Virus record (IMG/VR): IMGVR_UViG_3300049846_001081
Length of the DNA stretch: 64,000 nucleotides
Strand: one strand, 5' to 3'
Source of the DNA: a virus
Lineage: Duplodnaviria > Caudoviricetes
Part shown: one piece after another, positions 48,051 through 61,900 of the stretch
Layout of the letters: each line of letters starts with the position of its first letter
How positions within the stretch are numbered: the stretch's first letter is position 1
Position numbers and translations under genes: made by a program
The notes under the pieces: model-generated
What the model was told of the DNA's origin: nothing
Seen by the model: only the letters and a program-made list of their open reading frames with translations
The model's database searches: none

Positions 48051-49976
48051 ATGCCATTAGTAAATTTTACAAATCTGGACTTTGACCAGATTAAAGCAAC
48101 ACTTAGAGACTACCTAAGAGCAAACTCTAACTTCACTGATTATGATTTTGAAGGATCTAATCTTTCATCAATTCTTGATGTTTTGGCATACAATACCTAT
48201 ATTACCTCATATAATGCAAATATGGTTGCAAATGAGGTCTTTATTGATAGTGCGACTCTTAGAGAGAATGTAGTTGCTCTAGCAAGAAACATTGGATACG
48301 TACCAAGATCAAAAAAGGCATCCAGAGCAACAATATCCTTTTTTGTTGATTGTTCAAATATCACACCATCTCCAGTATCATTAACTCTTAAGAAAGGACC
48401 AGTTGCTAGCACGTCTGGAACTTTTGGAAATCAATCTTTTGTATTTTCAATTCTAGAAGATATTACAGTTCCTGTTTTTGATAATATTGCTACTTTTAGT
48501 GAGATCCCTATTTACGAAGGAACATTATTAACTTCAAACTTTACATATACTTCAAGAAATCCTAATCAACGTTTTATATTACCAAACTCAGGTATTGACA
48601 CCAATTTAATTTCCGTAATTGTCAAAAATAATCAACAATCATCACTTTCGGTAAAGTATAATCAACAAGATAGTCTTTTTGAAATTGACAAAGAATCGGA
48701 AATTTACTTTTTACAAGAAATTGAAGATGAGAGATATGAACTAATTTTTGGAGATAATATTTTCGGAAAAGCACTTCAGGAAGGAAATTATATTGAAGCA
48801 TCATACATTATCACAAATGGTGATAGTGCCAATGGAATCAATCAGTTTTTATATTCTGGTAGATTAACATACACAAGAAATTCAGTTGAATATATCGTTA
48901 CATCTGGAATTTCTCTTCTAACTACTGGACTAATTTCTTCTGGTGGAGAAAATATTGAGTCTGTAGAGTCTATTAAAAAGTATGCCCCAAGAATATATTC
49001 ATCGCAAAATAGAGCAGTTACTTCAAATGATTATGAAACCTTGATTCCATCAAAAATTTATCCAGAAACAGAATCAATATCAGTTTTTGGTGGAGAAGAG
49101 TTGGTTCCACCACAATATGGAAAGGTATTCATTAGCATTAAACCAAGAAGCGGTGATTTCTTATCAAATTTGGTAAAAGAAAATATAAAACTAAAACTTA
49201 AAAAATATGCAGTAGCAGGTATTGTTCCTGAAATTTTAGATTTAAAATATCTTTATATTGAATCTGATTCGAAAATTTATTATAATACAAATCTTGCTCC
49301 TAGTGCCTCATATGTTTCAAATATTGTTCAACTTAATGCAAATAAATACGCAGAATCAACAGAATTAAATAAGTATGGTGCTAGATTTAAATATAGTAAA
49401 TTTTTGAAAATAATAGATGATAGCCATGATTCAATAACTTCAAATATAACGAAAATTCAAATCAGAAGAGATTTGAGAGTTTCTTTGAATTCATTTGCAG
49501 AGTACTCTATTGGTTTTGGAAATGAATTTCACATCAATAGTATGGATGGATACAATATAAAATCCAGTTCGTTTAAAATAAGTGGAGTTTCTCAAGACGT
49601 TTATCTATCTGACATTCCAAATACTAACCGTACTACTGGAACCATCTTTCTTTTTACCATACCAAACGTTTCTTCAAGAACAACAACAATTTTAAGAAGA
49701 AACGTTGGATCCATAGATTATAAAAATGGTGTCATTACTCTCAATCCGATAGTTATTACATCAGCAAAACAGAAAAATGGTCAACCCATTATTGAAATAT
49801 CAACAACACCAAAATCAAATGACATTATTGGATTACAGGATTTGTATTTGCAACTAGATATTAGTAAGAGTAATTTTGAAATGGTTGTTGATGAAATCTC
49901 ATCTGGATTAGATCCTTCAGCATCAAATTACATAGTATCATCAAGTTACACCAACGGGAATTTAGTAAGATCATAA
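48051..49976 (+). CDS. gp6: Baseplate wedge protein
   Basis: LDFDQIK..L...F.DYDFEGS.LS.ILDVLAYNT...NE.FIDSATLRENVV; QNRAVT..DY; YGKVFISIKP. Confidence 0.92.
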   Translation: MPLVNFTNLDFDQIKATLRDYLRANSNFTDYDFEGSNLSSILDVLAYNTYITSYNANMVANEVFIDSATLRENVVALARNIGYVPRSKKASRATISFFVDCSNITPSPVSLTLKKGPVASTSGTFGNQSFVFSILEDITVPVFDNIATFSEIPIYEGTLLTSNFTYTSRNPNQRFILPNSGIDTNLISVIVKNNQQSSLSVKYNQQDSLFEIDKESEIYFLQEIEDERYELIFGDNIFGKALQEGNYIEASYIITNGDSANGINQFLYSGRLTYTRNSVEYIVTSGISLLTTGLISSGGENIESVESIKKYAPRIYSSQNRAVTSNDYETLIPSKIYPETESISVFGGEELVPPQYGKVFISIKPRSGDFLSNLVKENIKLKLKKYAVAGIVPEILDLKYLYIESDSKIYYNTNLAPSASYVSNIVQLNANKYAESTELNKYGARFKYSKFLKIIDDSHDSITSNITKIQIRRDLRVSLNSFAEYSIGFGNEFHINSMDGYNIKSSSFKISGVSQDVYLSDIPNTNRTTGTIFLFTIPNVSSRTTTILRRNVGSIDYKNGVITLNPIVITSAKQKNGQPIIEISTTPKSNDIIGLQDLYLQLDISKSNFEMVVDEISSGLDPSASNYIVSSSYTNGNLVRS

Positions 49977-49980
49977 TAAC

Positions 49981-52900
49981 ATGACAGAAAAAAGAGTTCA
50001 GTTTAGCAACATTGTTAACAATCAACTTCCTTTATACGTTAGGGAGGAGTTTCCATTAATATCTGAATTTCTTTCACAATATTACATTTCACAAGAATTT
50101 AAAAGTGCTCCCGTTGACCTTATACAGAACATAGACAAATATGTAAAAGTTGATGAAATTACAAATCGTACAGATTCTGTAATTTTAGGAGCAAACATAA
50201 GTGATATTGATACGACTATTACAGTTAATGTAGGAACTAATCCAGAAGGAACAACAAATTTTCCAGATTCTTATGGTTTAATTCAGATTGATAATGAGAT
50301 CATTACTTATACGTCCAAAACTTTCAATTCATTTCGTGGGTGCATAAGAGGATTTAGTGGAATATCCTCATATGTTAGTGAATCTACCCCAGATCAACTT
50401 ACATTTAAATCAACAGAGTCATCTAATCATAATAAGGGAGCAACTATATTAAATTTAAGTTCTTTATTCCTTAAAGAATTTTTAACAAAAATAAAGTATC
50501 AACTATCTCCAGGATTTGAGAATAGATCTTTATATTCCGGAATAAAAGAATCAATCTTCCTAAAACAGATAAAAGATTTTTATCAGAGTAAAGGAACTGA
50601 TGAATCTTTTAAAATTCTTTTTAAAGTCTTATACGGAGAAGAAGTAAAGATTGTCAAACCAAAGGAAAATCTTTTTAGACCATCTGATGCACAGTTTAGG
50701 TTAACAAATGATTTAATAGTTGAGAGTATTTCTGGAAATCCAGAAACACTATTAAATCAAACTCTGTATCAGGATCAATATGGAAGCATACAATATGCTC
50801 GCAGTCCAATAGCATATGTTGAAAAAATAATATCAGGAGTTGGAAACACTTATTATAAACTAAGTTTAGATGCTGGATATGATAGGGATGTTATCACAGA
50901 AGGGACTACAATAGGAAGATTTACTGTTCATCCCCAAACAAAAATAGTTGGACCAGTTTCAGTTGGTGTGACTGTTTTTGATGTTGATTCTACTGTAGGG
51001 TTTCCAAATAGTGGAGAACTTTTAGTTCAATATGGAGATGAGACAACAGGAATTGTTTCGTACACATCAAAATCTTTAAATCAATTTTTTGGATGTTCTG
51101 GTGTATCAAAAACAATTTTTGATACTGCACCTGTCGGAATTAACACATATGCACATGCGTACAGCAGTGTTGATGGGTCTTTAGTATCATTAAGAATTAC
51201 ATCTGTTTTAAATTCTGTAACAATACCAGATAATACAAGATATTATTATAAGAATGATACTTCAATAATCAGAACTTTAGGAGTAAATGCAAAAGATATC
51301 TCATCAAAAAATTGGTTTTTTAATGTTCCGATTTCTTATAAAGTAAAAACAATAACTCTTCGTGGAACAGGTGATACTTATGACATAACCACCGAAAAAG
51401 AAAACATATTTAAAATTGGTGATAAAGTTGAAATTATATCTAGATCTGGATCTAAGGTAACATCTTCAATTTTTGATCTTGTATCAGAAAAAACCTTTAG
51501 TATTAAAGGTCAGGGAAATATAACTTTATCTGAAATTTATATTGTTAAAAAGGTTATTTTAAAGACAAAATCAACTTTTTTCCCCAATGTCTCTACGGTC
51601 AATTCAAACGTACAAAACTCATACAAACTAGATGAAAAAACTTTAATTGCTTCTCCATCTCTTCCAAATTATCTAGACCAATCACTATCAACCACTGATA
51701 GATCAATCACTTTTGGTGGAACTTTTTCCGGAACCGTTTTCACAATAACACCCAATTTTGATCATGGATTTTATACTGGAGATTGTGTTTACTATACTCC
51801 CCAGAAATCATCAAGAGATAATGTATTAAGTTCTATATTTGATGAGGGAATCTATTTTATTAAGAGAATAGATTCTAATAGAGTTAGTTTTGCTAAGAGT
51901 AGATCAAATATTTTCAATAATATATTTGTATCAGTTTCTTCTAGTACAACTGTATTAAACAATAAAATTGATTTTTTTGATTATAAATCAAAAACTTTAA
52001 ATAGTCAGAAGTTATTGAGAGAAATATCTCCACCAGTTGATAATGGAGATATTCATAAAACAGAACCAGGGTTTACTGGAATTTTGGTCAATGGTGTAGA
52101 GATATTAAATTACAAGGCAAATGAATCAATTTACTATGGCAAAATTGAATCAATTAATGTCAATTCATCAGTAACAAATTGTGATGTAATCAATCCACCA
52201 ATTTTAAATATAACTGACACCGTTGGAACTGGTGCAACTGGATTCTGTGCTGTAAGAGGGTCACTCCAAGAAATAAGAATTATAGATCCAGGATTTGATT
52301 ATGTTGATACCCCAATAGTTAAAATAACTGGAGGTAATGGAACTGGTGCAAAAGCATATGCAAATATGAAATTAATTGAGCACGAATCAGTGTTCAATTC
52401 TGAAGTTAATTCTGCTCTAATTTCTTTAGGTGCTAGTTCGTCTACAATTGGGTTTAGTACTTATCACAAATTTAGAAATGGCGAAAGAGTCATTTATAAA
52501 ACTGATTCCCAAAAAGGAGTTGGAGGATTATCTACTGATTCGTCATATTTCGTTTCTGTTGTTAATAACTACACTGTCAAATTACATAAAACATTATCTG
52601 ATGTTGTAGCAGGTATTAACACAGTTGTATTATCTTCATATGGAACTGGAAATCACAAGTTAAAGTCATATTATCAAAAATCAGTTGTAGGATCTATTAA
52701 TATAGAAAACAGTGGATCTAATTATGAAAATAAAAAGAGAACCACAACTCATATAGGAATTAATACTGCCTTATCACAGATTGAAATCAAAAATCATGAT
52801 TATCAATCAGGCGATACTGTAATCTACACAACAGATTTTACACCTATAAGTGGTTTAACAACTAATACTGAATATTTTGTAACTAAGATTACGGATGATG

Positions 52901-55900
52901 CTTTTAGATTATCACCAGTTGGTTTGGGAAGCACAAATCGCGATTTTTATTATAAAACCAATCAATATGCCAAATTAAACTCAGTTGGTCTTGGAACTCA
53001 TGTATTCAATTATCCAGAAATAAAAGTAGAATTAATTGGTAATATTGGCATATCCTCTATTGGCACAACAACTTTCAAAGCCAATGTTCAACCTATTTTT
53101 AGAGGAGAAATAACATCCGTACACCTAACTTCTGGTGGTGTTGGATATGGATCTTCTGATATAATTAATTTTTATAGACAACCTCTATTTGAACTTAAAA
53201 CAGGAAAATCTGCTGAACTTACGCCAGTAGTTTCTTATGATGGAAAAATTACAGAAGTTTTAGTTAACAACACTGGTTCTGAATACAATTCACCCCCAAC
53301 ATTAATCATTGATGGAGATGGTATAGGCGCAGTTTTAACACCAGTTATATCTAATGGAAAAATTATTGATGTGAAAGTTATTGATGGTGGAATAGGATAT
53401 AACCCCGGGTCTACTTCAATAACGGTTATTCCATCTGGTTCAGTAGCAGAATTTAGTGCAAATATACAATCTTGGACTATCAACCTATTCAAGAAATATT
53501 TTTCAACAATAACATCAGATGATGGATTTGTTGTAAAGGGATTAAGTGATAGTTTTGGTCTTCAATATTCTCACTTGTATGCTCCAAGAAAATTAAGAGA
53601 GATATTGCAACCATCTGATCAAAATGGAAATAAAGTTTACGGAAAAACAGATTTAGTAAAAATAAACAATATTGAGTCAAATTCAACCAGCCATTCCCCA
53701 ATTATTGGGTGGGCATACGACGGAAATCCAATTTATGGTCCATATGGTTATATTACAAAAACTGGTGGAATTATTTCTCAAATAAAATCTGGTTATGTTT
53801 TAGAAGAAAAAAATAATAGACCATCAAAAAATTCATATGATCTTGGATTTTTTGTTGAAGATTATACTTATTATGAAAAAAATGACGACACAATTTTAGA
53901 TGAAAATAACGGAAGATTCTGTGTAACTCCAGAATTTCCAAATGGAACATACGCATATTTTGCGACATTTGAATCTTTTGCGGATAGTAGTGGAAAGTTT
54001 GTAAATTACAAGCAACCACAGTTTCCATATTTAATAGGAAATAATTTTAAGTCAAGACCAATTGATTTTAATTTCTTAAAAAATTCAAATCAGGATAACT
54101 TAGATTTGAATCAGACAAGTTGGTCCAGAAATACCTATTTCTATAATTTAATAAATGACGATTCTTCATATTCATATCTTACAATACCAAATGAATTAAA
54201 CCAAACACTAGATGTAAAATATGCTTCACCAGGATCAGTTGATTCAATTGGAATTGAAACTGGTGGACAAAATTATCAAATTAACGATACTGTAATATTT
54301 GATAATGCTGATACTCAAGGATATGGAATCAGTGCAAAAGTTTCTAGAATTTCCGGAAAATCAGTATCATTTGTTAGTGTTGCTACAAGTACAATTTCTT
54401 CCGTTGAAATATATCCTTCTGAAAATAAAGGAGAATATATTATTTTTGCAGAAAATCCACACAATTTCAAAAATAATGATATTGTTTCTGTATCTGGTTT
54501 AAGCACTACTTCTTCATTAATAGAAGGATCTTATAAAGTTGGTATATCTACAAATATACTTACAGTTTCTGGTGTAGGAACAACATCTGGGACTGTAACA
54601 ACAGGAATTGCATCTGTAGGTGTAACTGGAATAGTAACTTACATCAATGTTTTTGGAAATATTAGATATCCAAACATAAAAGAGAACGATATTCTAGAAA
54701 TAGGATCTGAAAATGTAAAAGTTCTCAATGTTGATAATCTAAACTCAAGAATTAGAGTTATTAGAGCATATAATGGTACATCTGGAACTGCACACACATC
54801 TTCAACTCAGATCAAAGAAAAATCAAGAAAACTTATAATAAACGCAGGATATAGAACTTCTTATGATTACAAGATCAATAAACAATTCTATTTTAATCCC
54901 ATAGATTCTGTTGGACTTGGAACTTTATCTGGAGTTGGTATAGGGACAACGATTAATTTTACAAACCCAGGCGCAGGTTTAACACAAATATTCATACCGA
55001 CCAAATCAATTTACATTCAGAAGCATGGACTAGAAACTGGAGATCTTGTTACTTATTCAAATAATGGTGGATCTTCACTTGTAGTTTCATTTACTGGAAT
55101 AGGAACAACATCTTTGAGTGATCAATCAAGTCTATATGTAGCTAAGATTTCGGATGATATTATTGGATTAGCAACTGTAAGGGTTGGTCTTGGATCCACT
55201 GGAACTTTTGTGGGAATTGCAAGTACACAAAGGTCTTCAACAACACTTTATTTTGTAGGATTGGGGTCTGGAGTTTATCACAGTCTCAAAACAAATTTTG
55301 ATGTTATTACGGGAGCAATAGAGAGAAACCTTGTTACGGTTTCTTGTTCCTCCACACATGGATTGAATTCCAATGATGTAGTTTATGTTGACGTAAATCC
55401 TTCTATTTCTACTTCATTTGCAGTAAAATATGATGATTATAATAGAAAGGTCCTCGTAAATACAAGAACCTTTATTTCTGGAAATGTTAACACGAGTGCA
55501 AATACAATCACATTAATTAATCATAATTTATCTACTGGACAAAAAGTATTACACACATCAGATTCTCCTTCTGGAGGACTACAAAATCAAAAAGAATACT
55601 TTGTAGTTAAAGTAGATAAAAACACAATTAAACTGGCAAATACTTTTTATGATGCAACATTACGCAAACCCAATATAGTCAATATTACAAGTTCTTCTTT
55701 TGGTACAATTTCGCCAATAAATCCACATATTTCCCTTTATAAAGATTCAGTTGTTACTTTTGATTTGTCCGATGCTTCATTATCTTATACTATTCAATCA
55801 CAGAAATATCCAGCCTTTATCTTAGATTTTTATACGGATAAAAACTTTACTCAAGTTTTTGATTCCACTAAAGAAAAAAATACTTTTGAAGTTCAAAAAT

Positions 55901-58900
55901 ACGGAGTAGTTGGGGTTACATCCGACGCAAGAGTTGTTTTAACTGTAAACAAAGATATTCCACAAAATCTATATTACAAGTTAACTCCAGTTTATGATTC
56001 AAATAATAACCTACCAGATATTAAAAAACAAATATCTATAGATTATGATGTTCAATCAAATAATCAGATTAGTGTATTATTGAGCAAATATAATGGAAAA
56101 CAAACTATAATTTCTTCCTCATCAACTTCCTTTACATATACATTACCAGAAACTCCAGAAGAGTCTTCTTATACAAACCCCACTTCAATCATTAATTATA
56201 CAACAGATTCAATAAATGCCTATGGTCCAATATCAGAAATAGAAATCACCAATTCTGGAAAAAATTATTATTCTTTACCTGGAATTTCTACTATTAAGAC
56301 CAAAATTGGTTATGGTGGAATATTAAATGTTTCAAGTCAGTCAATAGGCAAAATAAGAAAAACAAAAATTAATGATATTGGGTTTGATTTTCCAAGTGAT
56401 TTTACTTTAAGACCAAGTGCAATATTAACACAAATTATTAAAATAGAACCATTATCTTCCTTAAAATCTGTGGGAATTACTTCTTTTGGTAGGGGTTATT
56501 CCATTGCACCAAAACTTATAGTTATTGACGGAAAAACTAATAAATTAGTTCCAGAAATTGATTTGAATTATACCTTAGGTAAAAATCAAGTTGAAATACG
56601 TAAAAATGCATATAGTTTGTCTAATGTAACTCCCATTATTTTACCAACACAAAATTCAAATGGAGTTGGCATAGGATCAATTAAATATAATTCATCGTCA
56701 AAAGAAGTTACTGTAACTTTAGCGGTTGGATTTAGCACTGCGGATTCATTCCCATTCAAGGTGAATGACAGGGTTATGATTGAAAATATAAGTGTTGGTG
56801 TTGGATCTACTGGAATTGGATATAACTCAGAAAATTATAATTACAAATTATTCCCAATTACATCAGTAACTGAAAATAGAGGCGGTATAGGATCAGTAAC
56901 TTATAGTTTGAATGGTTTGCTTACAGGATCACAAATACCTGGAATTTATGATGCCGTCAATTCTTCTGGTAGAATAATTCCAGAAAAATATTTCCCAGTA
57001 TTTGATGTTCAATTGCAAAAAAATAATTATTTGTCTGGTGAAACTGTTAAGTCAAAATCAGCGACTGGATATGTTGATGGTTGGGATCCATTATCAAATC
57101 AGTTGAGAGTTGTATCAAAAGAAAACTTTATTAAGGGTGAAGTTGTAGAGGGAACTATTTCAAAAACCCAAGGAATAGCAAACATTTTAGATTATAATGA
57201 GATTTTCTTCAATTTAAATTCTTCATCCATAATTGATAACGGTTGGCAAGTGAATGCTGGATTTTTAAATGCAAATAGTGAAAGAATTCAAGACAGTGAT
57301 TTTTATCAAAACTTCTCATACTCAATTAAGTCATCAGTAGCATATGAGGATTGGAATGATGCGGTAAGCACTTTAAATCATACTACAGGATTTAAAAAAT
57401 TTGCGGAACTTCAGGTAGAAACTAAAAATTCAAATTCAATGTCTGTTGGTCTTTCAACAAACCAAACATATTTGGAGGTTATTGCTGATCTTACTGGATT
57501 TGCAAATTTAAATTGTGTTTCTGATTTTGATCTCGTTAAAGAGAATTTCTTATCTGGATCTGGAAGAAGTTTTTCAAACGAGATTACATTTTCTAATCGT
57601 GTTCTGACAGATTATTTTGAATCCATTGGTAATAGAGTTTTATCCATAGATGATTTAAGACCAGAATTCAATAGTAATCCAAGAGCAACAAGATTTTCTG
57701 AAGTTCATAGATTCTTATTAACTGATGCCAGAGCACAAAAGTATATTACTTATGTTGTTGATAGAAGATATGTTGGACAAAGACAATTAATGTTAGTTAC
57801 TCTAATTCAGAGTGGAGGAACTGGATACTTAAATCAATATGCAAGATTAGAATCTTCTTATGATCTAGGATCTTTTGATTTTAATGTTGATGGTGTTGAA
57901 GGTGTTCTTACCTTCAATCCAACAAATTATTCTGTTAATGACTATAATATTACAACTCTTTCATATAATTTGAAAGATTCTATGCTTGGTATTGGAACTT
58001 CTTATTTTGGAGATCTGGCAACAGTAAAAACAACTAGCAATTTTGTATCTTCTGGATCAACAACTATTGTTGGTATGGGAACAACATTTAATTCTGCTAA
58101 GGTCTTGGTTGAAATTACTGCATCCAATGGTCAATATGAATTTGATGAATTAAATATTGTCCACGATGGAACTAACATTGAACTTCTAGAATATGGACAA
58201 ATTACCAACCACTCCGCAGATGTCCTTTCAAGTTCTGGATTAGGAACATATTATCCATATATTTCTGGATCAAATGTAATGGTAGACTTTTATCCAAATA
58301 CAGGGATAGCAGTCACTGTTAATACATTCCAAACCCTTTTGGGAGGATCTTCTTCTGGAATTGGAACATATGACATGAAACATGCCAGATTACAAGGCAT
58401 TTCAACTTCAATATCATCATCAGGGTCACCAATTGCTACACCAATTATTGAATATCCAGGAGACTATGATTGCTCATACGCTTTGGTACAAATTGCTGAT
58501 ACAACAAATAACAGATATCAATTATCGGAGATTGTTGTATTAGATGATCAGACCGATTCCTCTACTGGTGAGGTTTACATTGTAGAATTTGGAACAATTG
58601 AAACTTATGCAGGTTTAGGAACTTTTGGTGCTGTGAAGAATGGCTCAACCACCCAAATAACATTTACTCCATTACCAAGTATTGATATTAGAGTTAGTGC
58701 GTTCTTTAATGCACTAAGATATCAAGATGATGCAAAAGATATAGTATCTTTTAATAATGGAAGTATAGAGACAAATGATGGAACATATTTTGGAACAGAT
58801 AGAGATGTTAGGAGAGCATTTGATTTAAGACACAAAGGAAATGAAATTTTTAGAAGAGACTTTGATGGAAGTTCTTCTACAATTATTGATATTTTAAATA

Positions 58901-61900
58901 ATACAATAACAATTCCAAATCATTTCTTTGTTACTGGTGAAAGAGTAGTTTATTCGCACGCAGGTGCGGGAACAACACAAGCGATTGGAATTGCATCTAC
59001 TGATTTTGGTGTTGGTATAGGGACCACAAATAGAGTTCCATCATCAGTATACATCGTAAAAGTAAGTGAAAACACAGTTAAATTAGCAAGAAACGCTGAA
59101 GATGCATTAAAACCATCTCCCGTTGTTTTAGATTTCACATCTGTTGGAATAGGAACATCACATACATTTACATCAATTAACCAAAATTCAAAAGTTATTA
59201 TTGCAATTGACAATATTATTCAGTCTCCGATAGTTTCCACCGCTCAATCAACAACTTTATCATCAAATGTATTCACCACAGATGATACAATATTTGTAAG
59301 TGGTATAACATCTTTCTTTGGTGGAGATTTAATCAAAATCAATAATGAGATTATGAGAGTAGATGGCGTAGGAATTGGTAGTACAAATTCAATGAGAGTT
59401 CGTAGACCTTGGATGGGAACAAACGTTTCTACACATTCTGTTGGGGACGTAGTAATAAAAGTCGTTGGTAACTACAATATCGTTGATAACACATTAAATT
59501 TTGTTGATGCCCCATATGGAAATATTCCACTTTCCACATCTACAAATCCACCAGATGAAAGAGATTGGGTAGGGATATCAACAAGCTCAACTTTCCAGGG
59601 AAGATCTTTCATGAGATCTGGAATACCAGCAAGTTCAAATGAAACATATCATAAAAATTATATTTTTGATGATATCTCAAATCAATTTACTGGAACAAAC
59701 AAAAAATTCAATTTAAAATCAAATGGCGTAAATGTAACAGGAATTTCCTCCGAAAATGCAATCATATTGATAAATGATATTTTCCAAGGTCCAGGTCTCA
59801 CTAATGATTATTATTTGACAGAATCTGTAGGAATAACCACCCTCAATTTTACGGGAACGGCAACATCTATCTCCAATGATATTAATACTGCATCTATCCC
59901 AGCTGGTGGAATAATAGTATCCGTAGGATCAACTGAGGGATTTGGATATCAACCTTTAATATCAGCAGGTGGAACTGCTATAGTTTCTGGACTTGGAACT
60001 ATTTCTTCAATTAGTATTGGAAACAGTGGATCTGGATATAGAGTTGGAGTTCAAACCGTAAAGGTTGGTGTAGCAACATCAACAACTGGTACTCCATCAA
60101 TTCATTTTGTTGGAACTGCAATTGTAAGTAATGGTAATGTTGTCAGTATTGCGATTACAAATCCAGGGACAGGTTATACTTCAACAAATCCACCATACGT
60201 AGTTATTGATGACCCACTTTCATATTCCAATCTTCCTTTAATTTATAGTTCAAGTTCTTCCTTGGGTATAGGAACTCAAGCATCAGTTGATATAGTTGTT
60301 GGCCAAGGATCTAGTGTAATTGATTTTGAAATTAGAAATCTTGGATATAGCTATAAGTCAGGTGAAATATTAACCGTTTCAATTGGTGGGACAGTAGGTA
60401 TCCCAACAGATCCAACAAAATCATTTAAAGAGTTCCAAATTTCTATTCAAAGTACAGTTACAGATGAATTTACTGGGTGGTCAATAGGTGAACTTCAGGT
60501 TTTAGATAATATTGAAGATTTATTTGATGGATCTAGATTTACTTTCCCACTAAGAGTCGGTGGATCTTTAGTATCCATTAGGTCTGCTAAAGGATCAAAT
60601 ATTAATGTTCAAGATAATCTTTTAGTATTTTTAAATGATGTTCTCCAGGTTCCAGGACTTGGATATCAATTTACTGGTGGAAGTATAATCACTTTTAGTG
60701 AACCACCAAAATCTGGTGATACTTGCAAGATTATTTTCTATAAAGGAAGCGGATCCATTGATGTTATTGAGAGAAACATTTTAGAAACTGTTAAAATTGG
60801 TGATGATTTAACAATTGGATATGACTCTTCCTTGGGACAAACAGAACTTTTGCAGGAAACTGAAAGGGTTGTTAGTTCTATTGAATCAACAGATCTAGTT
60901 GAAACATTACCATATTATGGACCAGGTTTATCCAATGATTCAAATTTATTAAGACCCGTAACATGGTGTAGACAAACAGAAGACAGAATTATCAATGAAA
61001 AAGAGGTAGGAAAGGATAGAGAGTTATATGAAGCTTCAATATATCCTTCATCATATCTCATCAATTCTATTGGTATTGGATCAACATTCGTATTTGTAGA
61101 TTCTATTAGACCATTCTTTAATCCAATAAATGAAAATGATATATCTTTAAATTTCCAAAAAGATATTGTTATAGTATCACAAGATATAAGAGTATCTGCT
61201 TCCGCAACTGCTATTGTTTCTGGATTGGGCACAGTTTCTTCTGTCGTAATTTCTGATGGAGGAGTTGGATATACTACAGCTACTGTAAGTTTTGGTTCTA
61301 CTACAGGAGTTGGTGGAACATCACAAGCTTTTGGTTCCGTGATTATTGGTGTCGGAGGAAGTGTTACTGGAATAGCAATTACGTCTCCAGGATTTGGATA
61401 TACTTCAGCAAATCCACCACAAGTATTGATTTCTCCACCATCCTTTATTTTGGAAGAAAATACGGTAAATGTTTATGAAGGTGACTTTGGTATTATAACA
61501 GGAATTTCCACAACAACAATTGGTGTGGCTTCTACTGGAATTGTGTTTGATTTCCTAATTCCTCAAGATTCTCCTTTAAGAAATTCATCAATTACTGGGT
61601 TTACATCAATCAGTGGAATCAATACTGGATATTACTTTGTTGTTCACAATTCAAATGTTGGAAATGGTGTTACTTCTTTAGACTCAAGTGGATCAGTAAT
61701 TGGAATAGGAACCACATTCTTAGATAATGTATATCAAGCGGTTTCTGTATCTATAGCACAAACCTCTACCCCAGGTCTTGGTGTTACTTATGTTGCTAAA
61801 GTAACTGTGAGCCTGTCTTCATATAATAATCTTTCTGGAATTGGATTTAGTAATTTCTATGGTGAATTTAGTTGGGGAAGAATTTCTTTGGGTCCAAGAA

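Noticed and set aside
53235-61232. ORFs nested in gp7 on other frames
   Set aside because: Shadow ORFs; gp7 is uninterrupted and no intron or intein motif was recognised.
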